DNA of 64,000 nucleotides from the NCBI GenBank assembly GCA_964035545.1, contig OZ037768.1:3194741-3258740 (forward strand). The letters run 5' to 3'. The translations under genes were made by a program, and so were the position numbers. Every line of letters starts with the position of its first letter. Positions within the stretch are counted from its first letter, which is position 1. The notes beneath the pieces were generated by a model that ran no database searches, was not told the origin of the DNA, and saw only the letters and a list, made by a program, of their open reading frames with translations. Source of the DNA: Bugula neritina (Eukaryota > Animalia > Bryozoa). Below are positions 20,514-34,503 of this stretch, in pieces.

Positions 20514-20677
20514 TATAAGCAGCTTCGAGTTGGAGGTGACTAAGTGCAATAGTTTAAGATTCTTGGAGTTCCAATTCACTAAACTCAAAATATCCGACTC
20601 TTCCAGTTCAATTTATACCAAACTTGAGAATCGCAAACTATTGCACTCATTCACTCTCCAACTCGAAGCTGCTTATA
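20514..20677. repeat. Inverted repeat (about 50-bp arms, about 63-bp spacer), MITE-like or hairpin element
   Basis: TATAAGCAGCTTCGAGTTGGAG (20514-) is the exact reverse complement of CTCCAACTCGAAGCTGCTTATA (-20677); pairing extends inward through AGTGCAATAGTTT/AAACTATTGCACT. Confidence 0.8.
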
Positions 20678-20854
20678 AAATCATCCCAGTTTCATTGAGC
20701 TAGAAAGATTTTCCAATTCATTGGTCAGTTTGGTCAATTCTCAATTTTGATTGGGATTCTAATAGCTCAAGTTGTAAGGCACGCCCACTTCGAGCTGCAG
20801 TGCTATAAGTATTGTGAACCTAAAATTTTTTGCAGCGTTTATTCATTTGATCGC

Positions 20855-21570
20855 ATACATAGTTTTACCAAAACTTTTGGTGAAGGTAAAACTTAAGACC
20901 ATAGCCAGCACTTTGTTGTTATTGTGGTAATAATAATAATTGCATATTATAGCAGCATTAATTAAATTATTAATGATAATCATTATGATTATAGATACTG
21001 ATACTCGTACGGCTACGCCTAGTCCTACGGTCATGCCGGTAGTGGTACTGGTAGTGATTCACTCTTTCAGTTTTTGTGATACCCGGTCCCATGGTAATGG
21101 TGATTGGCCATAGTGATAGTGATAATGATAGTAAGTGTTACACATATACTAAATCTAATACGTTATACTTATAGTAATACTAATACAGTAATACTAATAG
21201 CCAATAGGCAACCTTACATTGACATTTAGTTTTACTAAGAGTAAGTCTAATTCTAAGTCTTTTAGTTTTACCATTGGCATTACTGTTACACTTACAGTTA
21301 CTGTTAGTAATAGTCAGTGTTACTACTTACTACACTAGTACTACTACTAGTACTAGTACTAGTTGTAGTAGCAGTACTTACTTGATTATGATGGTTGCAA
21401 ATTTCTACTCACCACTATGACTATCACTATGCTTTGGCACTTGGCAGTGACTAATCAGTAGTACTAATTTTACTAAGTCTTAGTCTAGTATTTTTAGTTT
21501 TTAGTCTTTACTACTACTTGGTACTTACATATTTATATTGTTATATTCACATTGAGTTTGGGTGTTTGTA
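20855..21570. repeat. Degenerate 6-bp-periodic tract
   Basis: GATACT GATACT CGTACG GCTACG CCTAGT; GGTAGT GGTACT GGTAGT; AATACT AATACAGT AATACT; TTACTG TTACAC TTACAG TTACTG. Confidence 0.8.
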
Positions 21571-23612
21571 TTTCAAATGAGTTTTGATTAAAAATATATT
21601 TCGATTATGAAATATAAAAATCACTGTGATTGATTTTCAGTTCAACTCAGATTATATTTTAGTCTTGGAATTCAGATAGTTAGTTAGCCATATTGTGATA
21701 TTGATTATGATATTCTGATTACTGATACTCATACTGATTGTAGTGCTGTTTTCAGTTAGGGTCAATTCTGCAAAAGTACACATGACTGCCAGACATTCCA
21801 GAGTTCTAGCTTTTTGTTGTCATGTAATTAATTAGCTTTAACTCCTTAACTTTTGTTAACATTTGCAATTGCAGTAATTATTATTAAACTCCTTATAATT
21901 GTATTTATTATTAATACTATGTAAATATTTATTTAGTTTACTACTATGAGTGCTACCTTGCCATAAAATTGTTTATTTTAATAAATGCAGTACAATGAGA
22001 CTTTTTGTAATTGAGCTGTTTCACTGTTTATCCCAGCTTGCATATTGTGTTGCATCTATCCTTTTACAGAGTCTCTAATTATAAATAGAGCTGTAAGCAC
22101 TTGCACCATAGTTGTCAGCAAGAGTTATCTCGACAATATTAACAATGGTGGCTACTTGATGATTATATTAATTAGTAACCGGGCCTGTATAGTTGGTAGT
22201 GCTAAAGCTAAATTTACCGCTGTCATTTATATCCAACTTTGAGTTTAGTATTTGTACAAGAATTTTGTAGAATTATACCTTTTCTTTTTTACTCATAATT
22301 TATTACATAACATTTGTATAAGTATAGTATAGTATATAGCATTTATTATTCATTCCAAGCATTCGGCAACAAAACATTTTGTTATTTAAGTTCATCAAAC
22401 TTATTATTTTGTCGACCAAGTGTTTGTAGCTAACAATTTATAATGTAGACTTGAAAATATGTATATGTAATAGTGCACCTGTCTGGAGCTAATAGCCTTT
22501 CAGACTTGTTGAAATGTCAATGTTACGTAATAATTATAGAGGAAGGTGCAGGTTTACGTTATAAATTGTTATTCAATTTAGACACAAGAACAAATCCAGT
22601 TGCGTTATTCCTTTATGCATACGTTTAATTTATCTCTATTACTTATTCTAGATTCTAGTTTTGTTTATAAATACTAGACTCTTTTGCTAATTAGTTTCAT
22701 GCTTTAATAATGTAACTGCCTATCTTTTTTACTTTATATCGTACTGCATATATCATTATTCATATTTATTTCATATATTCATTTTAGTTTCAGGTTATTA
22801 GTTATTGGTGCAGTAAAACTAACTAGTTAATCAAGCCACATTTAGGGAAGTAGCTACACCTATAATTAAATTAAGGAGTATAATCATTCTCTGTAAGGCA
22901 GAGAGGGCGCTAAATTAAACATCACAATTATTTTAGTATTAGTGAAAGTTAGAAATTATTTTAAGTAATAAAAATAGGCTGTGGTATTTACAATTATTGG
23001 CTAGTTAGTAATTACCAATTTGTTTATGGAAGTGTTTTTGGAACTAGGCAGGGTACACCCAAGTCTCTGGCATAAAACAGTTTTGTTTAAAATATTTGTT
23101 TTGAGCCGAAAAGTGGGCGTTCACTTTGTTTATATAATTCATGTATTATGATCTTGCAAATTGTTGCTGAAACATATCTGATTGGTAGTATAAACTAGTG
23201 CCTGCTGTTTTTTCTTTATCTTTCAGAATTTGTATTTCACTTTCTAAAAGCCTTTAGCAATATTGAAATTAAATAAAATGCTAAAGCATGTTGAAAGTTT
23301 TCCATGAACCCTAGAGAAGATGCTACTTACAATTAGCAATATAGTTGTTGTACAGTTGCAGTTCATTACATATAATTTTATTGACTGGATGTTGGTGTAA
23401 CCAATCTGAATTTACTCATTTCCTAGTGAAAATGTTATTTTATCTTGAAATATGTTAAAGCATACATTTTTGCTCCGTGATCTTTATATTTTTTTTATAA
23501 TCCTCGAAAATGTTTTGTTTGACTGTCTTTTAATTCACATGTTATAAGAATTAGTACACTGTATGGTATACTTCTCTCACAAATTATGTGCTTTCATTCA
23601 CTCATAGCCATC

Positions 23613-26600
23613 ATGTCGGGGTCAAAACCTGTTCTCACAAAAGATACGATAAACCCTCATGTCAAAAACATGGAGTACGCTGTCAGAGGACCTATTGTGT
23701 TGAAGGCAGCAAACATTGAAGAAGAATTAAAGAAGGTAGGTACACCTGAAAACTGCTATTACACTGTTTCAGTGCTTACAGCTAGCAGGGAAATGTGTGG
23801 TGTTTATGTACAAACAGGCGTAGTAATGGTAATTCACATTAAAATATATGCAAACAGCTGTAAATGTTTATGTTTTGCATGTATTGCTAGCTGATTAATA
23901 CTTCAGCTCTTTTCCTGTTTGAATTAATAATCATTGTTTACAAGATTTTCTATTGCAATATAGTTTTTTATATAATGAAGCAATTATGGTAATGATTTCC
24001 ATTAAATTTTGGTTTACTTTTCTAGGGTGTAGAAAAGCCATTTACGGAGGTAGTGAGAGCTAATATTGGTGACTGTCACGCCACAGGGCAGGTGCCCCTC
24101 ACCTTTCTCAGACAGGTAACTCATAGGTGTACTCTTGAGACATTCTCAATCAAAGAAAATCATGGGTCAGGCTGTATCATAATCAGGCTGGTGAGATACT
24201 TGGTTGTAGCAATGGCCTAGCATGTGGGACTGTAGACTACTTGAATATTCATACTAATGGGTCAGGCAGGCTCTTCTGTACTATTTAAAAGCATATGACT
24301 TTTAATCTAAAGTTTTAAAAGTAGTTTCCAAGAACAGAAACTTTGAACCAATTTTTATTATTTGTATAAATTAGCTGTTAAATGCGCGCCATTATAACCA
24401 ACAATCTATCTATATAGAATACTTATCTAGCTCTCACATTGAGCTTATTAACCTTTTGATATACATGTTACACGTGCAGGCAAGATGTTATATCACATCT
24501 AGTAATGACTGTGGTCATGTACGCAGTGTATTACTTATACTTTACATACTATACACGTTCTATGACCACTGGCACTGTTCCAATATCATGATTACATCCG
24601 GCCCATTCATACTATAATTCTAATCAGATAGTCTATTGACTAGAATTATGTTTTGCATGTGATTTGAATTTGGACATTTCTTTAGCATATAAATGTGCAG
24701 TCAATTAAAGTTTGCACTAGCGAATTAACATCATAATAGGAAGCCATACTCTGTCACGTCTGCAAGTAGTTGAAATTTGAATGCCTGCCAAGTTTTTCCA
24801 ATTTAAGATGCTGAAAATCTGATGGCCACTTTTATATTTTATTCAAGATGAAAATAAAGAAACCCGAGAGAGATTAATTAACTTTTTGAAGAAGGGGAAC
24901 CCTGTGTTTACTTAATTTAACCGCACCAGGTATTATATGCTATGCATTGGTGTTTTCTGCCATCTATTCAGGTGTTGGCTTTAGCCACATATCCAGAGCT
25001 TATGAATAGCTCAACATTCCCAACTGATGTCAAGGACAGAGTGAAAAGACTTCTGGAGGGATGTAAAGGAGGTAGCATTGGTAAGTGTTGTTCACATGAC
25101 TTGGGTTGTATGTTCTATATACTGTATTCTGTGTACAGTTTAGTGTGTGTATAGTATGGGTTCTATGTAATATGTTACATATACAGGGTCATATAGCGCT
25201 AGTCCCGGTGTAGAAGTTGTCAGGGGAGATATTGCTCAGTTTATACAGGAAAGAGACGGCCAGGACTGTAATACTGACAACATATTTCTCTCAACCGGTG
25301 CCAGTGCCGGTATCAAGGTATGCACTCTTATATCCAGAATTCTGCGCGTGTGTGCATGTGCCGTATGTGTGCGCGCTTGTGTGTGTCTACTTTAGCTGTA
25401 TTATGGTGGTGGTCACTTATAGCCAGTGATTAGTACTTCCTCTTGCGGGTGGCACAGTTACTGCCCGCACTGTGGATACTGTGCATGCAACTACCAGCAG
25501 TTTTCTCCATAAAAATGATATTTTCAGTTTTATATTGTGTAGCTCCATTGTGTGTTCTTACAACTTAACCTCAAACTTACTACCTTTATGAATTGACTTC
25601 ATACTAACACCGTAGGCATATACATACTTAGTCATGGTACACAGTCATTCTGCTTTGTAGCTACTTGTATGTATATTTGGCAATAATTTATGCAGAAAAA
25701 CAAGTTTTTATAAATGCAAAAAATAGATTGCCAAAGCATTGTCAACATAACAGCATCGGCTTCTAATAGTTAACCAGTGGAGTATAAGTAATGCCATATA
25801 TAGGTTCAGATGTTGCTTAATGCAATACCATTTCCTGAAAGTTTATACTGCAATTAGTAGACTAAGAGAATACATATCTTACTAGACACTACAGGGGGGG
25901 GGAGATGTTTTCTATATAAAACCTGCTAATAAGACATCATGCTAATGTGGCAGCAATCTAATGCGATGCCCCTTTCACACTACATCTTGAAGTAACCAGC
26001 TGCTGTGCATTTAACTCTGTTAGTCTTAGCCATCTCTCTACTGTACACACTGCTAGCTGTCAGCTGGCAGAGGTATAGACTGAATACAATGCACAGTTCA
26101 AATTAATTGTAATGTTAATGTATATTTAATAGTAGTTATGCATGGCCATCCTACAATTAATTGCTATCTTGATGCTAGTAACTAAAACTATTGTAATAAT
26201 ATGCACATTTTTTGTATTTAATTTGTTGTCAAACTGATTGTTATTCTTAGTTTTGTAAAATTTTAAATATCAAACTATGACACACCTGTATTATAATACA
26301 TTACAATATACTATGTTATATTACAGCTCTGCCTATAGGCCTACTTTCCTGTCTACTTTTGACATATAGTTATATTATGTGTCCAGATATTGCTATAGAG
26401 TATAGACTGTATAGTGTATATATTACACACAGTACTGTATGCTTGTCGTATATATTACACACAGTACTATATGCGTGCTGTATATATTACACACAGTACT
26501 GTATGCCTGCTGTGTATATTACACACAGTGCTGTATGCATGCTGTGTGTATTACACACAGTGCTGTATGCATGCTCTGTATATTACACACAGTACTGTAT

Positions 26601-29600
26601 GCCTGCTGTGTATATTACACACAGTGCTGTATGCATGCTGTGTGTATTACACACAGTGCTGTATGCATGCTCTGTATATTACACACAGTACTGTATGCCT
26701 GCTGTGTATATTACACACAGTGCTGTATGCATGCTGTGTATATTACACACAGTGCTGTATGCATGCTCTGTATATTACACACAGTACTGTATGCATGCTG
26801 TGTATATTACACACAGTGCTGTATGCCTGCTGTGTATATTACACACAGTGCTGTATGCATGCTGTGTATATTACACACAGTGCTGTATGCATGCTCTGTA
26901 TATTACACACAGTACTGTATGCATGCTGTGTATATTACACACAGTACTGTATGCCTGCTGTGTATATTACACACAGTGCTGTATGCATGCTGTGTATATT
27001 ACACACAGTGCTGTATGCATGCTCTGTATATTACACACAGTACTGTATGCCTGCTGTGTATATTACACACAGTACTGTATGCATGCTGTGTGTATTACAC
27101 ACAGTGCTGTATGCATGCTGTGTATATTACACACAGTGCTGTATGCATGCTCTGTATATTACACACAGTACTGTATGCTTGCTCTGTATATTACACACAG
27201 TACTATATGCTTGCTGTGTATATTACACAAAGTACTGTATGCATGCTGTATATTACACACAGTGCTGTATGCATGCTGTGTATATTACACACAGTGCTGT
27301 ATGCATGCTCTGTATATTACACACAGTACTGTATGCATGCTCTGTATATTACACACAGTACTGTATGCATGCTCTGTATATTACACACAGTACTGTATGC
27401 ATGCTCTGTATATTACACACAGTACTGTATGCATGCTGTGTATATTACACACAGTACTGTATGCATGCTCTGTATATTACACACAGTACTGTATGCATGC
27501 TGTATATATTACACACAGTACTGTATGCATACTGTGTATATTACACACAGTACTGTATGTATACTGTGTATATTACACACAGTACTGTATGCATGCTGTA
27601 TATATACTATATTTCAGACTATTCTGGAACTATTAAATGCTCCTGGAGAAGGAGGTAAGAAACCAGGAGTTATGATTCCTATCCCCCAGTACCCACTCTA
27701 CTCCGCCACTCTCACAGAGTTCAACATGCACCAGGTAGTCCTTACTTCATATCAACAAGTTCATAGCTCATCTGATTTAGTTGGTCAACAGTTTCATAGA
27801 CTAGTAAAGGTAGTGCTACAGCTTTGTTAGCTGAAAAGACAACTCCTACATGGCTGTAGCCATATTTATTGGTGAAAATACTAATTGCGGCTTACTTGTG
27901 TTTCTAATTCTTCGTCTGGAGTTTGGTTTCAAAACAGAGCTGTTAAGTTGTGGGTAGACAATTTCTCGTGTTACATTTACCTGCTAGAACCTGGAATACA
28001 CCGGCTGTTGTAATACCATTTATTTCTACCAACACAACTCAGTCACTTTGTGAGATAACTTAATTCTGTAACAGGACAATGAGTTGTGTACTACAAGACA
28101 TACTAGTCACATACTAGTTGCTCTGTCACTAGCCACCAGTCCTGAAGGTTGAACTGTACTCCATTACTCCATTATAGATAAACTACTACCTGAATGAAGA
28201 AAACCACTGGTCACTGGATACCTCAGAGCTCCAGCGAGCTTTAGATGCTGCCAGAGAATGCTGCCACCCCAAAGCTATCTGCGTCATCAACCCAGGCAAC
28301 CCAACAGGTGAGTTTCGCACAGATCCAGTTGCTGATTGGCTGTCTCTGTACAGAACTAACTGCTGATTGGCTGTCTCTGTACAGAGCCAATAGCTGATTG
28401 GCTGTCTCTGTACAAAGCCAGTAGCTGATTGGCTGTCTCTGTACAGAGCCAATAGCTGATTGGCTGTCTCTTATTTCAACAGGTCAAGTGCTGTCTAAGG
28501 AGAACATACAGTCTATTATTAAGTTTGCTCACAAAGAAGGTCTGTTTATACTGGCCGATGAAGTGTACCAACACAACGTGTACGATCCTAGCAAGCAGTT
28601 TCATTCCTTCAAGAAAGTATTGAGTGAGATGGGGCCTGCCTACGCCTCCCAACAACTTGCTAGTTTCATGTCTACTTCCAAAGGCTACATGGGAGAGTAA
28701 GTGAAGTTGTTATCAGCAAAAGTTCATTCAAGTTATTTGGAGTGTTTTCGCAAATAACTGATTTTATTAATTTAAAATATTATGGTTGTAAGTTTAATTG
28801 CTTTAGTAATTGATCTATTACCTGAACAATTTCAGAAACGAGAAAAATATATCCGATTTTAAACTCTTTTTGCACTTCTTTTTGGAAAAGATTTTTTTTT
28901 CAAGCTTGTGAATTATCATATCTGGTGTTCACCATATAGTCATCATGTGAAAAAAAGTTTTACACTGTTGAAACTGGGTGGAAAATCAAAACCTGGTAAA
29001 AGTAGTTTAATTCATATTAATTAATCGGCCTGTTTTGCATACAGTTAGTTATAATATTAAATATTACTCTAAAACAAATTTTTAGTGTATGATTTAGTAA
29101 TCAGAATGGTTTGATGGAGAAAATTTGTTGATGCCTTAATTAAGGCATGTATGAAACAGTGAAGTATAATCCTAGCATTAAAGTGGTTAGAAGTTGTATT
29201 AATTTAGTGATTTTATATAACGAATTAATTGAATGTTTTAATTTGCATTTACAAAATATTCAAGCTCTCCATCTCTAGAATTTTATATCCACTAAGAATT
29301 TATTTACTGTGTTTACATTTCATATGCATCATATTTTATCATTAATACAGTCTAAATGAGGGTTGTCTTCTATTGTTAATCTGATGTAATTAGAAGTTGT
29401 CTTCCTATTTGTAAACCACCAATTTCTCACACATCTCTTGTTAGGTGTGGCTTGAGAGGTGGCTACTTTGAGGTCGTGAACTTAGACTCAGATACTATGA
29501 ATCTGTTGAAAAAGTGTCTCACTGTTAGCCTGTGTCCCCCAGTTACTGGGCAGGTGGCCATGGACTGCGTGGTCAACCCCCCCAAACCAGGAGAGCCGTC

Positions 29601-31412
29601 TTATGACCTGCACATGAAGGTGAACTCCTGTTTTATAGGAGAGATAATGATTTGATTATTTGCTCTACTCCCTAGACACTTGCAGTGAACTCAGCTCAGT
29701 GCAGACTGTGTCAATGAATCAGTCTTTGAGTTTAAAGTCACAGGAAATGAGTCTAACAAAACCTTTTCTTCATATGATTGCAGAATGAACGCATCTGCTA
29801 TTTTCTTGTGTTATACTACTGTACTGTATGGCCTGTTATGTAGCAATTGTAGTCTATAGCACTGCAGTATATATAGTAACATTGTAGTATATCTTGAACA
29901 GTGTAGTATGTATGGTAACGCTGTAGTAAATATAGTAACACTGCAGTATATTATATAGATATGCTGTAGCCTCAGTGCCTTGTTATGTACACCCTTGTAA
30001 CTCATGCTATTCCTGTAACAGGAAAAGAAGGCAGTGTTGGATGGACTAAAGGCCAAGGCTGAACTTGTATCTAACACATTCAACGCTATTGAAGGCATCA
30101 GTTGCAATGCTGTCCAGGGTGCCATGTACTGTTTCCCTAAGGTTGATATTCCACCCAGAGCTGTTCAACATGCAAAGGTAAGAGAATATACAGGCAGCTA
30201 TTGCAGACCTTTTTACAGCCCCCTTCTAGCAACCGACAGTTTGTTAGCTCGGGAGTTATCTGTTCTCATCATCTGATGAAGTCTTTACTGTAAACATGTG
30301 TGGCACAGGTTTTCCTCACTGTGCATTGAGGGTTTATCCTATACATACTACCAGCCTAACCTAGTGAAAGGCAAACATATCTTTATAAACATCTACTATA
30401 TAGTCAGCTACATCATTACACTATAGTATATGCCATATTATGTTGCTATACAAATGTGTTTTCTTTCCATCGATGTAGCACCTGTTGAGACCCTAGGCTG
30501 GTATATATAGTCTCACCTGCTTCGTTTGGTAAATTTCATAGCTATCTGATGCTAATGGATTCATATACTCTGTTCTCAACTATGTTTACTATTTATACAG
30601 TCACAGAACATGACTCCCGACTCATTCTACTGCTTCGAGCTGCTAGAGAAAACTGGGCTATGTGTGGTCCCTGGCTCTGGGTTTGGTCAGAGGGAGGGAA
30701 CTCATCATTTCAGGTGCGTATATTCTCTCATTTGCCGGTGTTTTATCAGTGAAGTTAGTGGTAGGTTTGTTCTGCTCTTTGGGCAAGCAATTAGCACTTA
30801 CAGGTTTGATGAACAGTATAACAGGATGTTATGATGTGTCTTGTGGTGCTATGGTGATGTCGTGACAGTAAAAATTATGTGGTGACGTGGTGTTATGGTA
30901 GGGTTGTGCAGGTAACTGGTGCTAATACTCACTCCTGTTTAATACTCTATCAGATGTGTGGGTGTCGGCCTTGTAATGAATCTCTCAAATGTGGGCTTTG
31001 ATTATTTTCATATTCTACTTGGCTGACTTTTATCAAAGTTTGATGCCGTCAATTTAGTTTGTTCCGCTGACACAGTGCATGCTGTGCTCTAAATTGTTCG
31101 GATAAGGTAGGGAACCTATCAGTTGCATAATGCTGCTCAGCTTGCTGACTCTGAAGTACTAGACAGTTCTCACAAGTGTCTACATCAGTTTACTTTTTTA
31201 AAAAGTTTATCCCTTTCATACAATGACGCTAGACTTTGTTAATCACATAATCACATGTTACCAATACTTTATATAATCAATATGTTACTAGTCTCATGCT
31301 TATATTGTATTTACCTTGTAGAACGACTATACTTCCACAAATTGAGAAATTTCACCAAGTAATGGAGAAGTTTACAAAGTTTCATAAGGAGTTTCTAGCT
31401 GAATGGAAATAG
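23613..31412 (+). CDS. GPT: Alanine aminotransferase (glutamate-pyruvate transaminase, PLP-dependent); 11 coding exons
   Basis: Exons 23613-23735, 24026-24115, 24972-25080, 25187-25317, 27618-27734, 28178-28307, 28483-28696, 29445-29619, 30022-30177, 30601-30713, 31322-31412. Motifs [47 protein letters not shown], the PLP lysine in [25 protein letters not shown] and HFRTTILP. Confidence 0.96.
26415..27606. repeat. 32-bp minisatellite (TATTACACACAGTRCTGTATGCMTGCTSTGTA), about 37 copies, in GPT intron 4
   Basis: Direct inspection; explains the three overlapping Cys/His/Tyr-rich ORFs. Confidence 0.97.
28326..28471. repeat. About 31-bp minisatellite (TAGCTGATTGGCTGTCTCTGTACAGAGCCAA), about 4.5 copies, filling GPT intron 6
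   Basis: Direct inspection. Confidence 0.9.
29810..29970. repeat. Highly degenerate short tandem repeat (TATAGTAACACTGCAGTATA-like) in GPT intron 8
   Basis: Recurrent tatagtaac...tgtagta words. Confidence 0.5.
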
Positions 31413-34400
31413 ACACACAAACAGTAGCTTTCCATGCTCTGCATCTATTCTATAAACAATAGTGTGTATTGCAATGGACAATAAGTGGTTTAATTGATGA
31501 TTATTTAAAGTTATCTAAAAATAGTGTGTCTTAATTATCATGTCATGTCATGATCGGCTGACCCAGCAAGATAATTACGAATTACGCAGGCCAAATTATT
31601 TCATGGAGCTATCTTTCCTCCCATAAATAAAGTAACATTAGGTCCCATTGCATTATCCTTTTCCTGATTTAAAGTCAAATACGCTTTGAGGCTTGTACTG
31701 TGTACAGATGTAGAACGGTTTTGTGGTGGTCTTCTTGTTAACTATGTAGTTTTACAGGGATATCAAGTGTGAAAAGTTAATGATATAAACCTCGTTTAGT
31801 CTTCCTAATATCTTTATAGTAATAATAAAAATTTTGTTGGTAAATATTTGTTTTTGATTTTTTAAAGTTTATCATGCCAAGGTTAACTTAAGTTTATTAC
31901 AATCATAGAGTTAGTTTATTTTATGGCATTGTGGTGCATTTGTTTAGGGTTTTATTTTTTTTATTTTATGGTTTATATAACAGTTATAATTTTATCAACA
32001 AAACATATGTGTGTTGTATATGTTTTTGTTATGCATCAATCCGTTTTACTTCAAGTTAATTTATGAAATCATAATTTATCTTTGCTGCTTGTTGAAAATG
32101 TCATTTACCCAGTTGACACATCATTTTGAATAAAAGTAACAATAAATTTCTTTGTTTACCAATTTTAGTGAGTAATTCCATAAAATAATCAAATATTATT
32201 GTAAGATCTTTTGTTTTATTGAGAAATGGGCTTTCGTATGTCAAAAGATAGTTAGTAGTGGAAAGTACTAAATGATCTCAAGACGGAGTAAAATAATGTA
32301 TTGTACAATAATATTCAGTTGGTGTTGCAGGAGTTGCACCATCTTTATGTGGGTAATGAAAATAATTTAGTAACTATAATCTGATTAAATCTAGAAATTT
32401 CATCTTGGTAAAACTTTTAACCAGTTAACAAAGAATGCTGTTAAACATTAAATCATGTTATAATATTAAACTATGAATACTATTTAAGGTATTGAGCTCA
32501 GTGGTGCTAACAGTAGTTAGAAAGAATTTTGTAAAGGCTTTTGCGTATTTACTATTTCAGTGTTTTCAAGTAATTAATGGCAATTAGACATGTGTGCAGC
32601 TGCTTTACTTCTGAGCAGATAACTGCTTACACAAAAATTATTTTACTGTATTTATTTAGCTTCATCCTCATTGTATAAAAAACATTCAGCTGTAAAATCA
32701 TTAAAATACAATTTGCTTCAACAAAAAATATGCAAGTAAAATAACCAGCATTGGGTATTTTTATTGGATAAAAATTTTAGTCTGTTTATGGGACTTTTTA
32801 ATCTGATATATTACTTTAAAAAATTTTTTATCTTTAAATTAGCAACTTTTTGATGAGTCCTTCCTTGTTTTGAATACATTCATTAAATGTGGGAATACTC
32901 ACTCCTGATCAACTGGCTCCCAACATTCACAGCGCTTCACTTATGGTGCTGTGTTACTGATCAATATGTTTGGTCCTTTGCTTTGCAGATAATTGAAGTT
33001 GGGACTAAAATGTTTGTTTGTTAAGATTGCATGGATGCTGTGAATAAATTAATTCAGTTGATGTCATGCGAATATTTAATATGAGGAAGAGAAGCATCAA
33101 TTTGACTAAACTATGCATAATATTTTAGTGTACATTAAATTATGGGCAACTTAAAACACCACTTCAATTATACTAATGTTTAAATATAAAATTGATTTTA
33201 TTGATTAAATAAAACTAATTTATTAAGGCATTATTGCTGCTAACAAAAATTCAGCCCACAGCAAGTATAATCAGCTACTTATCTACTCTAGTGACTGAGT
33301 AGTGACAAATAGATACAAGATTATAATTATAGCAGATCTAAAACAATATAAAATATAAAATTCTTATACAACAGAAAATCTTCTGAGCCTGACAAGCATC
33401 TTTTCTGTTCAACGATTATTCTAATTGAAGTGATGCACACACATCTATTGATTCCTTGAAAGGTAATGCAATACGTGAAGAGTGTTCACCCTTATTCTAG
33501 TTGTTACTTATAAAGTCTCGTGTGTTGCCTGTGTGATAGCAGTTGACTCACTCATTTACTCTGCTACTTGGATCAAAAAGGTATTTTATTAATGCGCTAC
33601 AATATTTACCGTATTCTTTGTTCTATAAGTTAGTATAATCTAATATAGAACAGTAGAACTATCATTTGCTAAAATAAAGAGCTTTATATTATTTAAATGC
33701 TTGAAATAATGAAGCAAATTAATTTTAGCTAACTGTATTTTTGGAAACTGCAATCTATATATTCTACAGAAAGATAAAATAGCTAAAAGTGTAATTCATA
33801 TGGAGATTTTGTCCACTTATATTATCTGTATTTTACTAGATTGACATAGTCTATGCTAAATAGATGTAGCAAATCTCAAGCTTTTGTAAGGAAGACTGAA
33901 GAACTCTAATTTGCAAGGTTGAACAAAATTTATATATAAGAGGCATGCTAATAATATACTAAAAGATTAACAAATGCATGCATCAAACAAGACTAACTCG
34001 ATTGTTTTATATGCTTATATTCGAATATTGCTTGACTGGAAGCCAGGCAATAAGCTTTCATAAAATTGTATTGACTATTTAGTGGTGCAAGATAAACGAA
34101 TTTTGTTGCAATATTATGTAGGGTGTTGTTGCTCATTAAGAGAAATATTCTATACTAATACAATTATTGAGTGATAGATCACCATTACAATTTCCACAAT
34201 ATATCTCGTATAATTAGATCATAGTGTATCCCGCTCACTACTCTAATACTGCAGCTGACACATTGCATGTCTTCTCAGCAGTTTACGGCAAAAAGCTGCT
34301 ATTTTTCTGCCTTTGTAGCCTTGGGGCAGACTCTTACAAGACACTCTTTAATCAGATTAAGAATTGTAGCCTTAGGACATCACTCAGCTCTCACCATTAT

Positions 34401-34503
34401 ATCCTTAATCTTATAATAGGAAGAAATTGTGAGGCTGTGGCTGCGTTTTGCCGTCACATAACTAATAGGCTTAGTGTTAATAGAAACAGTTGTTATTGAG
34501 GTA

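Noticed and set aside
26415-27606. CRISPR-like array (32-bp repeats)
   Set aside because: Units are contiguous with no unique spacers, there are no cas genes, and the context is a eukaryotic intron
26359-27830. Three 414-463 aa Cys/His/Tyr-rich ORFs
   Set aside because: Artefact of a stop-free 32-bp minisatellite inside GPT intron 4; the same peptide cycles through all three frames
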